Source: Candidatus Latescibacterota bacterium (GTDB lineage Bacteria > Latescibacterota > UBA2968). From it: a stretch of 64,000 nucleotides of DNA. Shown here piece after piece: positions 49,550 through 60,551 of this stretch (position 1 is its first letter; every line of letters starts with the position of its first letter). The notes beneath the pieces are model-generated. The model was not told the origin of the DNA. It saw nothing but the letters and a program-made list of their open reading frames with translations, and did no database searches. Both the position numbers and the translations under genes were made by a program. Location: the NCBI GenBank assembly GCA_965207885.1, contig OZ242311.1, forward strand, positions 2,912,001 through 2,976,000, read 5' to 3'.

Positions 49550-50368
49550 CTATTTTTTGCCATTTTCCTCTTTCAATACAGAACGGATGGCTTCCATATC
49601 AATATCTGGATACGTCTTTTGAATGGCTGCAAATATTTCTCTCTGTCCTTCTTCTCGGCCTTCTTCTCGGCCTTCTTCTCTGGCTTGTTTCATGATGTAT
49701 TGTGCAAAAGATGATTCGCGCATAATCGCATCCATAAGACCCTCCTGGGATAAAATACGACTAATCGTGGCTGGCGCATACGCTAATCCACTCAATATCG
49801 TCAACCCACCCAAAATGTCAACCTTTATTGATTCTTCCAACGGCAAAGCTCTCGCAGCATCAATACACGACTGTAACCACGCTTCAGAATCCATTTCATC
49901 AGGACGTTTCATCAATGGCGCAAATGGAAGCAATCCCGCGTGTCCTTCATTGAGAATGTGCTGTCCTTCGATCTCGATCAGTCTGATCACGCTATATTGG
50001 AAGAGAAGACGATGACCTGGCAGGTTTTGGATATAGTGTCCCGGATCGTTCTTTCCCGCATTGGGACGCAAGTAGATCACGCTGGAATAGATCGGCAAGT
50101 GATGCGTCTCAATGGCTCTGATGGTATAGCCGGCCATCCGAATGGGCATTGTCGGATCGGTAGTGGTTTGAAATTCGTGATGTACCAATGCCTCTTCACC
50201 TGCAATCTGAACTTTGATGAGGCTGTCCATGTGATGTGTTTGTGTTGTTGGTTGTTCTGTGTCGAGAATGTCGAGAAATTGGACGTCGTCTCGTTGGAGA
50301 GAGAGTCGGATGAAGTCTTGAGGGTAGGTTTGGATGAAGTGTTTTGAGATGGTGTCGTATTGGGGCAT
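49550..50368 (-). CDS. Rpn-family PD-(D/E)XK nuclease
   Basis: Homolog of the 43751 gene: YDTISKH, MDSL, HHEFQT, MPIRMAGY, (REEG)3. Confidence 0.82.
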   Translation of the reverse strand: MPQYDTISKHFIQTYPQDFIRLSLQRDDVQFLDILDTEQPTTQTHHMDSLIKVQIAGEEALVHHEFQTTTDPTMPIRMAGYTIRAIETHHLPIYSSVIYLRPNAGKNDPGHYIQNLPGHRLLFQYSVIRLIEIEGQHILNEGHAGLLPFAPLMKRPDEMDSEAWLQSCIDAARALPLEESIKVDILGGLTILSGLAYAPATISRILSQEGLMDAIMRESSFAQYIMKQAREEGREEGREEGQREIFAAIQKTYPDIDMEAIRSVLKEENGKK

Positions 50369-50826
50369 GTGCTCGCCTTTGGTCTGTATATTTCTGAGGC
50401 GGGCGAAAGATGTTTCGCCGTCCCGTAACCCTCAGACCTTATGCAAACCTTATGCCAATGGCCTGGAATTGGGCGATGAATGGCAGGATAAGACGCGCTA
50501 ATCTCCTTATTTTTCTTCAGTTATTGATCACTCAATTTTAAGAATTATCTATTGACTCGGATCAGCCTCAGTGCAAATGTGAGGCAAAAAAGTGTACATT
50601 TTGAGCGATGATTGAGTAGAGAAGTGAAAGATATGTGTTCGAATGTAGAGCGAAAAATGCCAGCCTTTATTGATTCATATTGTGCTGACATAGCGCAATT
50701 GCCTGTTGTTTTTTTCTATGACTATCGAGTTTATTTTTATAGGTTTATCATTATATTGCCTACCTTTGTGCCGTGAACTGGTCTGGACTGCGACCAGTTG
50801 TACACCGCCCGTGGATAATTATCGCC

Positions 50827-53820
50827 ATGCCAGACGATCCCATCACATTAAACGCACGCCAGCGCGAAGCGGTTACCGCGCCGATAGGTCCAGTTCTCGT
50901 GCTGGCGGGACCGGGTACGGGGAAGACGCGGGTGCTGACCGAACGCATTGCGTATCTGGTCTCGCGGCGCGGCGTCCATCCGGAAAATATCCTGGCGCTC
51001 ACATTTACAAATAAGGCTGCTGCAGAACTTCAAATCCGCTTGTCGCGCACGTTGAGCAAAGAAACTGCGGAGGTTATTACCGCAGGTACATTTCACAGGT
51101 TTTGTATCTCAATTCTGCGGGAGCATCGAGAAACGGTTGGGTTGCCGCCGCATTTTGGCATTGCCGATGAAGACCTTCAGCGCACGCTGATCTATCGCGC
51201 ATTTCCTCGCCTGAATCCCAATGAAAGCAATTTGAATAATGTGATGCAAAATGTGAATCGCCTGAAGTGGCAGCGGCGATACAAGGCGCATGTTCCGATG
51301 AAAAAAGGGGATGCGGCATTGCTTGATCAGTACGAATCCGAGCTTAAGAAAAATCGATTGATCGATTTTGACGATCTCATCTTTCTCGCGCATGATTTGC
51401 TTCATTCGCATCGCCAGATTCTGGCGGATTATCGCGCGCAATTTCAACATATTCTCGTCGATGAGTTTCAAGATACCGATCCCGTGCAATACGCCCTCGT
51501 TTATTTGTTGGGCGCGGCTCACCGGAGTGTTTTTGTGGTTGCAGATGACGAGCAGTCCATTTACGGGTGGCGACATGCCAGGCCAGAACATATCGAACAA
51601 TTTCGGGATGATTTTCTCAAAGGTCGTTCGCCCATTTTTTTGGAGGAAAACTACCGATCATCCGCAGAAATTTTGCGGCTGGCGCGCGTGTTTATCGCCA
51701 ATAATGACGTGTTGTTTGAACGCAGTATCCATACCCAGAGATCGGGACGCCGCGTGCGGGGGATGGCTTTTGATACGTTTGAGGAAGAAGGCCAGTTTAT
51801 TGCGGGCGATATCTGGGATCGCATCCGGGAAACGCCCGATCTGGTTCACCGGGATATTGCGGTGCTTTATCCCCAACACGCAATAGGCAGCGAGCTCGAG
51901 CGCATTTTTATGCGCGCCAATGTTCCCTGCCTGATGGCTCATCGCAGGGGCTTGTTCGATCAGCCCGTGATCCGTCGTGCCCTGTCCGTGTTGCGCTATG
52001 CCCTCGATGGCGCGAATGACGCGAGTCTCGAGTTGTTTTTGCGGCGCGAACTCGAAGCAGTGGATCCCAAATTATACCCGGCGGTGCGGGGATTTCAGAA
52101 ACAAAAAAATATTGGGAGTTTCAAACAGGCGGCTTTTCTGTATCCGCGAACGGTTTCGGAAGAAGAGGGCGTGGATGTGGAACGCGCGCTGGGTCTGGCA
52201 GGTGTGGTACACAATGCCGTGCAAAGAGGCGCGGTCGCATCTTTGCCCCATCTGGTGGATGATATTCTGGACCAATTGAATACATCGGAGTTGCCATCTC
52301 TGAAAAATCATCTCGATGACATTGTAGATCCACTCGAACTTTCGGATCTCAATATCGCTCTGAATCGCGTGTTGCCACTCTGGCGCAGGGGCGGCACCTT
52401 GTATGTGGCGTGTCGAGACGAGGTGCTGCGGCATATGCTCACAACTCTGATCCGGGATGCACTGGCGCGGCCGGGTCTCATCATACGAGAGGCTGTGCCC
52501 GGCAGCCGATTGGATGTTTTATCCGATACTCTAATTTTGTCCTTTGACGAAGATCCGCCGAAAACACCCGAACACTTTTTACATTTGGGAGGCATGGCGT
52601 GTGGTGCAATGCTCGCTGCTCTCAAATTGTGTCAGGCGATCCGCTGCGCAGATTTGCCAGCGTATATGCCGGAATACACTGCATTTGCGTTGGAAACGGC
52701 GGATGACGATCCCGAGCAAGCACAGATCACAGCTCTGGGTGCTGTGCGCGTGCGAGATGGGCGTGCTGTCGATACATTTTATTCGCCCGTACGCCTGCGA
52801 GAGGACAAAGGCACGGCTCCTACATTTCAGGAAATTTATCTCGCGTTTCAGGCGTTTGTCGGTATCGATATTCTGGTCGCACACAATGGCTATGCGTTCG
52901 ATTTTCAGGTTTTGCACCGCGAAGCCCGCCGCAATGGCAGGTCTCGCATGCCCAATCCGACGGTTGATATATTGCCTATGGCGCGAAGCTATGGCGCGAC
53001 TGCTACACGCGATTTGCGCCCTCTTTGCGAGCGGTATGATATTGCGTCAGATCCAAACGATCCGCCGGCACGCGCGCGGGCATTGGCCTTGCATCGCGTG
53101 TTTGAAGCTATGAAGAAAGAGCGCGCCTCTCGCTACCGGCGTATGACGCATGAACGCCTTTTGGATCACGTTGCTCTGGGCTTGCTTTTTCGCACGCGCG
53201 ATGGGGTAAGGGATACGGAATTTTCCCGCGAAGAACACGTGCATTTCAATCTGGGGGCGCAGCGTCTTTTGGGGCCGGCCAATTTGTGCATTCGCAATCT
53301 CGTGCAGCACTACCCTCGATTGGATGCCGACCGGCTGCGGGGACAGGCGCGGATGTTGCTCGGCGAAGATCCCCGTCCCGATGTGCTCGCGTTGCACGCC
53401 CCCGATCAGATTCAACGCTTTCGAGACCTTTGCGAACGCCACGGTGCTGCTGCGCCATCTCTTCAGGAGGGCATTCGCAATTTGCTCGATTTTGCCGATC
53501 TCTACAAAGTCGAATTGGATACCCAAGACCGCGATGCTGTGCATTTGCTGACGTTGCACGCGGCAAAGGGGCTTGAGTTTCGAGAGGTCTATATTTGCGG
53601 TCTCGAAGATCGCATTTTGCCCAATGCCCGCGCCCTGAACAGCGCGGATTTGGCCGAACAACGCAGGTTGTTGTACGTGGGGATCACCCGCGCAATGGAT
53701 CGCCTCACGCTTTCCTGTGTGCAGCATCGTCCGGGCCGAAATATGGCGCCTTCTCGATTCTGGGATGAACTCGGTTTAGAACGCGATGATCGCGGTGTGG
53801 ATGCCGCTCCAACGGCGTAA
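50827..53820 (+). CDS. UvrD/PcrA-like helicase with inserted DnaQ-like domain
   Basis: AGPGTGKT; TFTNKAA; VDEFQD; ENYRS; TLHAAKGLEF; YVGITRA; insert with VAHNGYAFD. Confidence 0.88.
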   Translation: MPDDPITLNARQREAVTAPIGPVLVLAGPGTGKTRVLTERIAYLVSRRGVHPENILALTFTNKAAAELQIRLSRTLSKETAEVITAGTFHRFCISILREHRETVGLPPHFGIADEDLQRTLIYRAFPRLNPNESNLNNVMQNVNRLKWQRRYKAHVPMKKGDAALLDQYESELKKNRLIDFDDLIFLAHDLLHSHRQILADYRAQFQHILVDEFQDTDPVQYALVYLLGAAHRSVFVVADDEQSIYGWRHARPEHIEQFRDDFLKGRSPIFLEENYRSSAEILRLARVFIANNDVLFERSIHTQRSGRRVRGMAFDTFEEEGQFIAGDIWDRIRETPDLVHRDIAVLYPQHAIGSELERIFMRANVPCLMAHRRGLFDQPVIRRALSVLRYALDGANDASLELFLRRELEAVDPKLYPAVRGFQKQKNIGSFKQAAFLYPRTVSEEEGVDVERALGLAGVVHNAVQRGAVASLPHLVDDILDQLNTSELPSLKNHLDDIVDPLELSDLNIALNRVLPLWRRGGTLYVACRDEVLRHMLTTLIRDALARPGLIIREAVPGSRLDVLSDTLILSFDEDPPKTPEHFLHLGGMACGAMLAALKLCQAIRCADLPAYMPEYTAFALETADDDPEQAQITALGAVRVRDGRAVDTFYSPVRLREDKGTAPTFQEIYLAFQAFVGIDILVAHNGYAFDFQVLHREARRNGRSRMPNPTVDILPMARSYGATATRDLRPLCERYDIASDPNDPPARARALALHRVFEAMKKERASRYRRMTHERLLDHVALGLLFRTRDGVRDTEFSREEHVHFNLGAQRLLGPANLCIRNLVQHYPRLDADRLRGQARMLLGEDPRPDVLALHAPDQIQRFRDLCERHGAAAPSLQEGIRNLLDFADLYKVELDTQDRDAVHLLTLHAAKGLEFREVYICGLEDRILPNARALNSADLAEQRRLLYVGITRAMDRLTLSCVQHRPGRNMAPSRFWDELGLERDDRGVDAAPTA

Positions 53821-53842
53821 AATCTCTTTCTCTACTCTGCCG

Positions 53843-54634
53843 ATGAAAAAAAACAAAGTTTATTTTATTTCTGACGCGCATATAGGCGGGGGCAAATATA
53901 TTCGTCCACCGCGCGTTCGGGAAGATGCGTTGATCGATTTTCTACGCGCTATTCGCAAAGATGCCAAATGTTTGTATATTGTGGGGGATTTGTTCGATTT
54001 TTGGTTTGAATATCGTTCTGTCGTTCCCGCACACGGAGCGCGTGTGATCTTTGAGCTCTACCATCTCGTTCAAAGTGGAACGCGCGTCATTTATCTGCCG
54101 GGCAATCACGATAGCTGGCTGGGGGGCTATTTATCAGAGCAGGTGGGGGCGGAGCTTCCCGGGCCTTTTTGCGACATCTCACATCAGAATTGCCGTCTGT
54201 ATGTGACACACGGCGATATTTTTCAGCAAAATTGGAAATTTGAATTGCGGCGGCGCATTTTGAAGCATCCACTGTGTATCGCCTTGTTTCGGTGGTTACA
54301 TCCAGATATCGGCGCTTATCTGGCGCGTATTGTGTCGCGGTCTTCGGATCTTGATATCAGAGAAGGAACGCGAAAGAAAAAGAAAACATATTTGCCTTTG
54401 TATTTTATTAAAAGCGCGGCAGAGAAATTTGCCGAGGGATTTGATTTTGTGATTTGTGGACATTATCACGCGCTGAGTGTTGAGCCGATGGACGGCGGGA
54501 CACTTATTGTGTTGGGCGATTGGCTGAGATACGATGCTTATGCTGTGCTCGAAAATGGCGAGATTGCATTAAAGCACTGGCATACAGCACCGGAAAAGCC
54601 GCTGCTGACCGATGATACAGGAGATCTCAAATGA
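53843..54634 (+). CDS. lpxH: UDP-2,3-diacylglucosamine hydrolase (LpxH-like)
   Basis: SDAH; GDLFDFW; GNHD; HGD; GHYH; GDW. Confidence 0.8.
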   Translation: MKKNKVYFISDAHIGGGKYIRPPRVREDALIDFLRAIRKDAKCLYIVGDLFDFWFEYRSVVPAHGARVIFELYHLVQSGTRVIYLPGNHDSWLGGYLSEQVGAELPGPFCDISHQNCRLYVTHGDIFQQNWKFELRRRILKHPLCIALFRWLHPDIGAYLARIVSRSSDLDIREGTRKKKKTYLPLYFIKSAAEKFAEGFDFVICGHYHALSVEPMDGGTLIVLGDWLRYDAYAVLENGEIALKHWHTAPEKPLLTDDTGDLK

Positions 54635-56109
54635 TTTTGAGTATTGATCAGGGCACAACGGGGACAACTGCGTTGGTGTTGGATTCTCAGGGGGAAGTTT
54701 TGGGGCGAGGATATTCGGAGTTTCGACAAATTTTTCCACGTCCCGGGTGGGTATCGCACGACGCAACAGAAATATGGAATACGACACTGAAAGTTATTGG
54801 CATCGCAATCTCAGAGGCGGGGATAGACGCCTCTGACGTAAAAGGTATTGGCATTGCCAATCAACGCGAGACGACGGTCTTATGGGATTGGAGAACAGGT
54901 GAACCCGTACACGACGCGATTGTCTGGCAGTGCCGACGCACGGCGGATTTGTGTGCCCAATATCGCGCAGATGGTCTCGAAGACATGGTGCGTGAAAAGA
55001 CAGGATTGGTTATTGACGCTTATTTTTCGGCGAGTAAGATTGTGTGGTTACTCGACCGCGTCTATGGTCTGCGTGCGCGTGCGGAGCGGGGCGAGGTGTG
55101 TTTTGGCACTGTGGATAGTTTTTTGTTGTACAAACTCACAGGAGGGGCTGTTCATGCGACTGATTATACCAATGCATCGCGCACAATGATTTACAATATT
55201 CACGGGAGAGCATGGGATAGCAGATTATTGGAAATTTTTGACATTCCCGTGGGCATACTCCCCAAAGTGCGATCATCGGCTGGCGACTTTGGGACTACTG
55301 TGGATTTGGACATCTTGCCTGCGGGCATTCCAATAGGCGGGATTGCGGGTGACCAGCAAGCAGCACTTTTTGGGCAACGCGGTGTTTTCAAAGGTGATAT
55401 AAAAAATACGTATGGCACGGGGTGTTTTACACTTTTTCAAACGGGTGATCGGGCTGTACAATCCGCGCATGGTCTGTTGACGACGCTTGCGTGTGGGCCT
55501 TCTGGGCGCGTATCCCACGCGCTTGAAGGTTCGGTGTTCAGCGCGGGGGCGACGGTTCAATGGCTGCGCGATGGCCTGGGGATTATTGATACTGCCGCTG
55601 AGACCGAGGCCTGGTCCCAGGCGATTGACGATACGGGAGGTGTGTATTTTGTTCCCGCATTTACCGGCCTGGGCGCACCGCACTGGAACGCGGATGCGCG
55701 GGGGACAATTGTAGGGCTTACGCGCGGCACAGGGCGTCCACATCTCGTCCGTGCGGCACTGGAGTCCATTGCCTATCAGTCTGCCGATCTCGTCCACGCA
55801 ATGGCCGCCGATGCAGGGCAGTCTGTGACGAGTTTGCACGTGGATGGGGGGGCTGTGGTGAATGATTTTTTGATGCAGTTTCAAGCGGATATTCTGGATG
55901 TACCGGTGATTCGTCCAAAGTACGTGGAGACGACTGCATTGGGGGCGGGAATGCTGGCGGGATTGGCGACGGGCGTGTGGGATGATGCTGACGCACTTGC
56001 CGATCTTAACCCACCGCAACGCACCTTTGATCCTGCGATGTCGCAGGATCGCCGCGAGGCATTGCTGGCGGGCTGGCACAAAGCAGTAGAGAGAACCCTG
56101 TTGGCGTAA
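54631..56109 (+). CDS. glpK: Glycerol kinase
   Basis: IDQGTT; NQRETT; WQCRRT; GDQQAALFG; KNTYGTG; ETTALG. Confidence 0.95.
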   Translation: MILSIDQGTTGTTALVLDSQGEVLGRGYSEFRQIFPRPGWVSHDATEIWNTTLKVIGIAISEAGIDASDVKGIGIANQRETTVLWDWRTGEPVHDAIVWQCRRTADLCAQYRADGLEDMVREKTGLVIDAYFSASKIVWLLDRVYGLRARAERGEVCFGTVDSFLLYKLTGGAVHATDYTNASRTMIYNIHGRAWDSRLLEIFDIPVGILPKVRSSAGDFGTTVDLDILPAGIPIGGIAGDQQAALFGQRGVFKGDIKNTYGTGCFTLFQTGDRAVQSAHGLLTTLACGPSGRVSHALEGSVFSAGATVQWLRDGLGIIDTAAETEAWSQAIDDTGGVYFVPAFTGLGAPHWNADARGTIVGLTRGTGRPHLVRAALESIAYQSADLVHAMAADAGQSVTSLHVDGGAVVNDFLMQFQADILDVPVIRPKYVETTALGAGMLAGLATGVWDDADALADLNPPQRTFDPAMSQDRREALLAGWHKAVERTLLA

Positions 56110-56121
56110 CCTACAGACTTC

Positions 56122-57282
56122 TCACTGTATTTGTTCCAAATAGGCAAGATGGGTTTGGACGGCTTTGTTTTGAGGATCAATAGCGAGCATATCGCGGTAG
56201 TGCTGACAAGCTTCCGCGATATCGTTTTTTTGTTCGGCAATGATGGCCAATCCGTGTAGAATGCGGGTATTTTCCGGGTGCTGTTCTCGGATGTGTAACA
56301 GCAGTATTTCAATATCATCAATATAGTCGGGATAATGTAGCTGTTCATTATTTTCACGAGACAATGCCACGAGACTTAGCAACGGATTCACACTGCCAGC
56401 AACGCCGCTACCTCGACGCGGTTTGAGATCAATTTTATCCCCAATTTCGGGAAGGCCGAGAACGATGGCTTCGATCAGGGATTCAACCGCTTCATCTAAC
56501 CGATCCAGTTCTATTAAAATATTGCCTCGGTTATAATGCACAGCGAGATTATCGGGCACCAGTTCAGATAAGATGTCGTAAATCCTCAGTTCCTGTTCAG
56601 AATTTTCTGTCTCGGCCAAATGCTCAGCCCGATCGTAGAGTTGCTCAATTTTGGTATGATTTCTATCCGTGATCTCTTGCGCCTGCTTCTCAAAGTCCGG
56701 ATGCACCAGCAAGACGAGTTGTCCCTTTTGATCTTGTGAAAACAGGGGCGTTTTGACTGTGTGCAAAATATCGCCCAATTCCGAAATAATTTTGTTCAAA
56801 AACGCAGGGGATCGCGATTGAAAAATGGGTTTCCAGGTATTGAGATCATGCGAGACATCAACCGTCCACAATTCGAGAGATAAAAAACGCCTGAGCGTTG
56901 ACTTCAACTGTTCTGTGGTATCAAAAAAAAACGATGTTAGGTAACCTTCTTCTACATAGTGGTGAACGAGCCATTGACGGAATTCGCGCTGGATAACCCA
57001 GGCGTCCTCCAGGCAATTGGCGAGCGTGAGTATCGACCAGAGCGGAATATCTGAATCTACTTTTGCAAGCGCCTGATCAATGGTACACGACTCGCCTTCC
57101 TCATCATTCTGGGCCAGATGGACATCGTCGATAAAGTTTTCTATGGACAATGCGCGTTTTTCTCGTTCGCTTTCTGCGATAACGAGAAAATTCCCCTGGA
57201 AATTTTCCCGGTCAATTGTCAGTGTGCGCACAAGTTCTCGATCGCTCATCACAGCACACTGTTGTATAACCCGGTCACTCAT
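56122..57282 (-). CDS. TPR-containing protein
   Basis: C-terminal TPR-like helices (VHYNRGNIL, AIDPQN). Confidence 0.7.
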   Translation of the reverse strand: MSDRVIQQCAVMSDRELVRTLTIDRENFQGNFLVIAESEREKRALSIENFIDDVHLAQNDEEGESCTIDQALAKVDSDIPLWSILTLANCLEDAWVIQREFRQWLVHHYVEEGYLTSFFFDTTEQLKSTLRRFLSLELWTVDVSHDLNTWKPIFQSRSPAFLNKIISELGDILHTVKTPLFSQDQKGQLVLLVHPDFEKQAQEITDRNHTKIEQLYDRAEHLAETENSEQELRIYDILSELVPDNLAVHYNRGNILIELDRLDEAVESLIEAIVLGLPEIGDKIDLKPRRGSGVAGSVNPLLSLVALSRENNEQLHYPDYIDDIEILLLHIREQHPENTRILHGLAIIAEQKNDIAEACQHYRDMLAIDPQNKAVQTHLAYLEQIQ

Positions 57283-57292
57283 GTTCGTAAAC

Positions 57293-57511
57293 TCAACGGT
57301 GATATTCGCGCAAAGACAAACGCTTTCGCGGTCGTTGGATCTCAATGGGTTTTTCAGATACACTGACGTCATTGCGCATCTTGCGACCGAGCTTGCGAAT
57401 CAGATGAACCCCCCACCAGATTAGCGCCCCGATCACAGCCATCACCATCCCAATGCTGCGACCGCTGGCACTTTCAAGGCTCTTGAGCAAACTGTTAATC
57501 AGATCTTCCAC
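57293..57511 (-). CDS. Small membrane protein
   Basis: 72 aa; one hydrophobic helix; co-oriented with purC. Confidence 0.55.
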   Translation of the reverse strand: MEDLINSLLKSLESASGRSIGMVMAVIGALIWWGVHLIRKLGRKMRNDVSVSEKPIEIQRPRKRLSLREYHR

Positions 57512-57526
57512 TGTTGATCGTTTCTT

Positions 57527-58492
57527 TTAAAAATACGGCTCGATATTTTTTTCAATGCGCTCGAGTATGGGCGTATCATCCACTTCGGTTTCAAATTGTT
57601 CACCTGTTACACGCTCGAACAGGTCTATGTATCGCGCGGAGACTTGTGTGCGAATTTCGTCATCTAATTCGGGAATATTATCGTCGGATATCCCCTTATC
57701 CACGAGCCAGAGGCGCAGGAATTCTTTGTCCAGACTTTCGGGTTCTTCGCCGCGCGCATGGAGGTCTTCATAAGAATCCAGGATCCAGTAGCGCGAGGAG
57801 TCGGGCGTGTGGATCTCATCGGCAACGGTTAGATTGCCATCTGGGTCCAGTCCCATTTCGTATTTTGTATCCACGAGAATCAATCCGCGCTGTGCGGCTA
57901 ATTCTGTGCCGCGCGCGAATAATTCCAGAGCTACTTCCTCGACTTCTGCCCACCTGTCTGCATCGACCAGGCCGCGTTCGACAATTTCCTGTGGCGAGAT
58001 CGATTCGTCGTGATCTTCTGCTTTTGTGGTCGGCGTAATAATCGCTTCGTCAAATTTTTGATTTTTTATCATGCCATCGGGCAAGTCAACGCCACAAAAT
58101 TTCCGTACACCGTTATTGTAATTCGTCCACACCGAGGTGTCTGTGCTGCCGGTCAGGTACCGGCGTACGACGATTTCGACGGGTAACATATCGAGTTCGC
58201 GCGCAACTGTCACATTGGGGTCCGGTACGTCAAGTACCTGATTGGGCACGATATCTGTGGTCTGATCAAACCAGTATTTTGCCGTTTTGTTCAACACCTG
58301 TCCCTTCAGAGGGATTGCGCCGAGCACATGGTCAAACGCGCTTTGCCGATCTGTGGTGATGAGGATGCGCTTGTCTTCGAGCAGATAGATGTCCCGCACT
58401 TTCCCTTTTTGGTATTGATTTGACCAGCGGTCAAATTTGGCTTCCAACAAACAGTTATTCAGTTGTGAACGGATTTGTGCTTGAGAGATCAT
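57527..58492 (-). CDS. purC: SAICAR synthase
   Basis: GKVRD; TDRQSAFD; TPTTK; LVDTKYE; DEIHTPDSSRYW. Confidence 0.95.
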   Translation of the reverse strand: MISQAQIRSQLNNCLLEAKFDRWSNQYQKGKVRDIYLLEDKRILITTDRQSAFDHVLGAIPLKGQVLNKTAKYWFDQTTDIVPNQVLDVPDPNVTVARELDMLPVEIVVRRYLTGSTDTSVWTNYNNGVRKFCGVDLPDGMIKNQKFDEAIITPTTKAEDHDESISPQEIVERGLVDADRWAEVEEVALELFARGTELAAQRGLILVDTKYEMGLDPDGNLTVADEIHTPDSSRYWILDSYEDLHARGEEPESLDKEFLRLWLVDKGISDDNIPELDDEIRTQVSARYIDLFERVTGEQFETEVDDTPILERIEKNIEPYF

Positions 58493-58531
58493 GTTTGGTA
58501 CACTCCTTGGGAAAAATGATTTATGGTTGCT

Positions 58532-60520
58532 TTAAGCCGCGCGGAAATGCACGGCGTGGCCCCTTTCTGGGAACCAGATTACATCCAGCATCATTGATAG
58601 GGCTACGCCCAGGACATAGCCGACGAGTAAGCCTATGAAAAAGGGTCGCGATTTGTGATAGACAGAGGGACCGCCCACTTTGAGCATCACCAGCTTGATC
58701 AGCCAGGCGATAAATAATGTGAAGCTGCTGGCGCGAATCAATGGCGTTCCGGAAAGCGCGAGGCCCACCGGGTGCAGGGGCCACCACACAAACCGATGGC
58801 GCATAAAAATGAGGCCAATCATCGCCAGACCGCCTATGCCGAAAAAGGCCAGATTTTCGGGGTTATCCACGTAAAAGGGCGGATTATCGGCATTCTTGAC
58901 CGCGTTGGCGGAATTCCTAAAATAATTGCGCGCACTTCTGGGGATCTCGGCGACATTAAAATTAAATGCGCCTTCATTATAGCCCAGGTTCAAAGTGAGA
59001 AAAATGCTCGTTACAAAACTCACTGCGAAAGCCATATAAAGTGCTGCTATCAACTTGCGGCGGTTATCGGTGATGCCCTCGGATAACTTGCCGACCTGTG
59101 CGGTCGCTGGCAAAAATAAGCCCTTGGCATTCCCCGTAATCAAATTGGCGAATCGAAACGCCACATGCGTGGTGGATGGAATCCCGACGTTGCCGAAAAA
59201 GGGTGCCACGTAATTCCAGGCAATCCCCGGTATCTGCGTGTAGGGCATGCCCGTATCTGACAGAATTTTCGCCATCCCAATATATCCACACATACACGCC
59301 ATTAGCAGCAGGGCACTGATGATGGGATCCATATTCATCTGCATCATCCAGATAAACAAAAACGCGAGGCCCGCCACCACGCCGATCACGGCGGCGCGAT
59401 AGGACAATAGTTCGTCGCGATCATCTATGCTGTCGTCTTTGCCAAGGGCTTTCATTATCACATCCCGCAAATGCAGCCGCGCCACCCAGAACATCGAAAT
59501 CACCAGCACGACGAACGCGCCGCGCGTCTGCCATTGGTACACGCCGCGATAGGCAACGGGAACCATGGATTTATATCCCAATTTATTGAGCCAGCCGCCT
59601 TCGACAATGAAAAGGAGATCGAATACCCATAAACTGAGCAACACATCGAGGCTGGCAAAATAGGAAAAGAAGATGGAAAACAAACCCACCGATGCCCGAA
59701 TGCGCGGAAATTGTGGATCAATGATATGCCATCTGCCCCCGTGAATGGGAAAGCGCGGGAAATTTGGCAAAAAATAATTGATACAATTCCAGGCGATCAT
59801 GCCAAATGCCAGGGCGAATCCAACCCAGAACAGGCGATTGTACATAAAGCCGGGCAATGCGCGTTTGTCGCCTCCCGGTTCGGACATCATGTTGATCAGG
59901 GGAGCCATGGCTGGATATGCCAGGCGTTCGTTTTGCACCCACTGTTTTCTAAAAATGACGCCTATACAGGTCAGTACCACAAACGCAGCCGTAAAAGCCA
60001 TGAACCACCAGAATAGCGGTAGCACCCATATATCCCAGGGGATGGCCGCGCCCTCGGGGCGGCCTTCGAAAAACCACGCGATTCCATTGCCATCATTGGT
60101 GGGGATTAAAAAGTCGGGCAGATGTGGGTGCAGTAATTCAGCCCAGTTATTGTCTTCGGTCGCATAGAAATATGGCGCGGAAATATATCCGATCAAATAC
60201 CCTGTGCTGCTCCAGATCGGCATGGTCGCGCCCACGAGGCCCATCGATAAAATGGTATGCCATTCCCCGGATTGAAGTGAGAATCGCGCAAGCCTGCCCA
60301 TTATTGCGAGCGCAATGAGCATGGTAATAAATACGATGAGCATGGCCATTGGTATGTGCGAGAGCACCATGCGCGAGCCGTGATAATGAAATCGCACATA
60401 GACCGCTATCACATCCAGCAGTACCACCAGGAGCAGTCCCAATCCGATAGCCCGCGGCGTAATACCCCCGCGAGGAGATTGTTCGGCCTCGCGGCCAATA
60501 TTTGGTACTTGTGTTGCCAT
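58532..60520 (-). CDS. DUF6785-like multi-pass membrane (putative peptide) transporter
   Basis: RKQWVQNERLAYP; WWPLHPVG; RPFFIGL. Confidence 0.75.
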   Translation of the reverse strand: MATQVPNIGREAEQSPRGGITPRAIGLGLLLVVLLDVIAVYVRFHYHGSRMVLSHIPMAMLIVFITMLIALAIMGRLARFSLQSGEWHTILSMGLVGATMPIWSSTGYLIGYISAPYFYATEDNNWAELLHPHLPDFLIPTNDGNGIAWFFEGRPEGAAIPWDIWVLPLFWWFMAFTAAFVVLTCIGVIFRKQWVQNERLAYPAMAPLINMMSEPGGDKRALPGFMYNRLFWVGFALAFGMIAWNCINYFLPNFPRFPIHGGRWHIIDPQFPRIRASVGLFSIFFSYFASLDVLLSLWVFDLLFIVEGGWLNKLGYKSMVPVAYRGVYQWQTRGAFVVLVISMFWVARLHLRDVIMKALGKDDSIDDRDELLSYRAAVIGVVAGLAFLFIWMMQMNMDPIISALLLMACMCGYIGMAKILSDTGMPYTQIPGIAWNYVAPFFGNVGIPSTTHVAFRFANLITGNAKGLFLPATAQVGKLSEGITDNRRKLIAALYMAFAVSFVTSIFLTLNLGYNEGAFNFNVAEIPRSARNYFRNSANAVKNADNPPFYVDNPENLAFFGIGGLAMIGLIFMRHRFVWWPLHPVGLALSGTPLIRASSFTLFIAWLIKLVMLKVGGPSVYHKSRPFFIGLLVGYVLGVALSMMLDVIWFPERGHAVHFRAA

Positions 60521-60551
60521 CCTTAAATGTTCCCTAAAGAAAAATACACAC

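Noticed and set aside
43728-50438. 12-mer AACCCTCAGACC near both Rpn starts
   Set aside because: It is on the same strand although the genes face opposite ways, and at different distances; probably chance.
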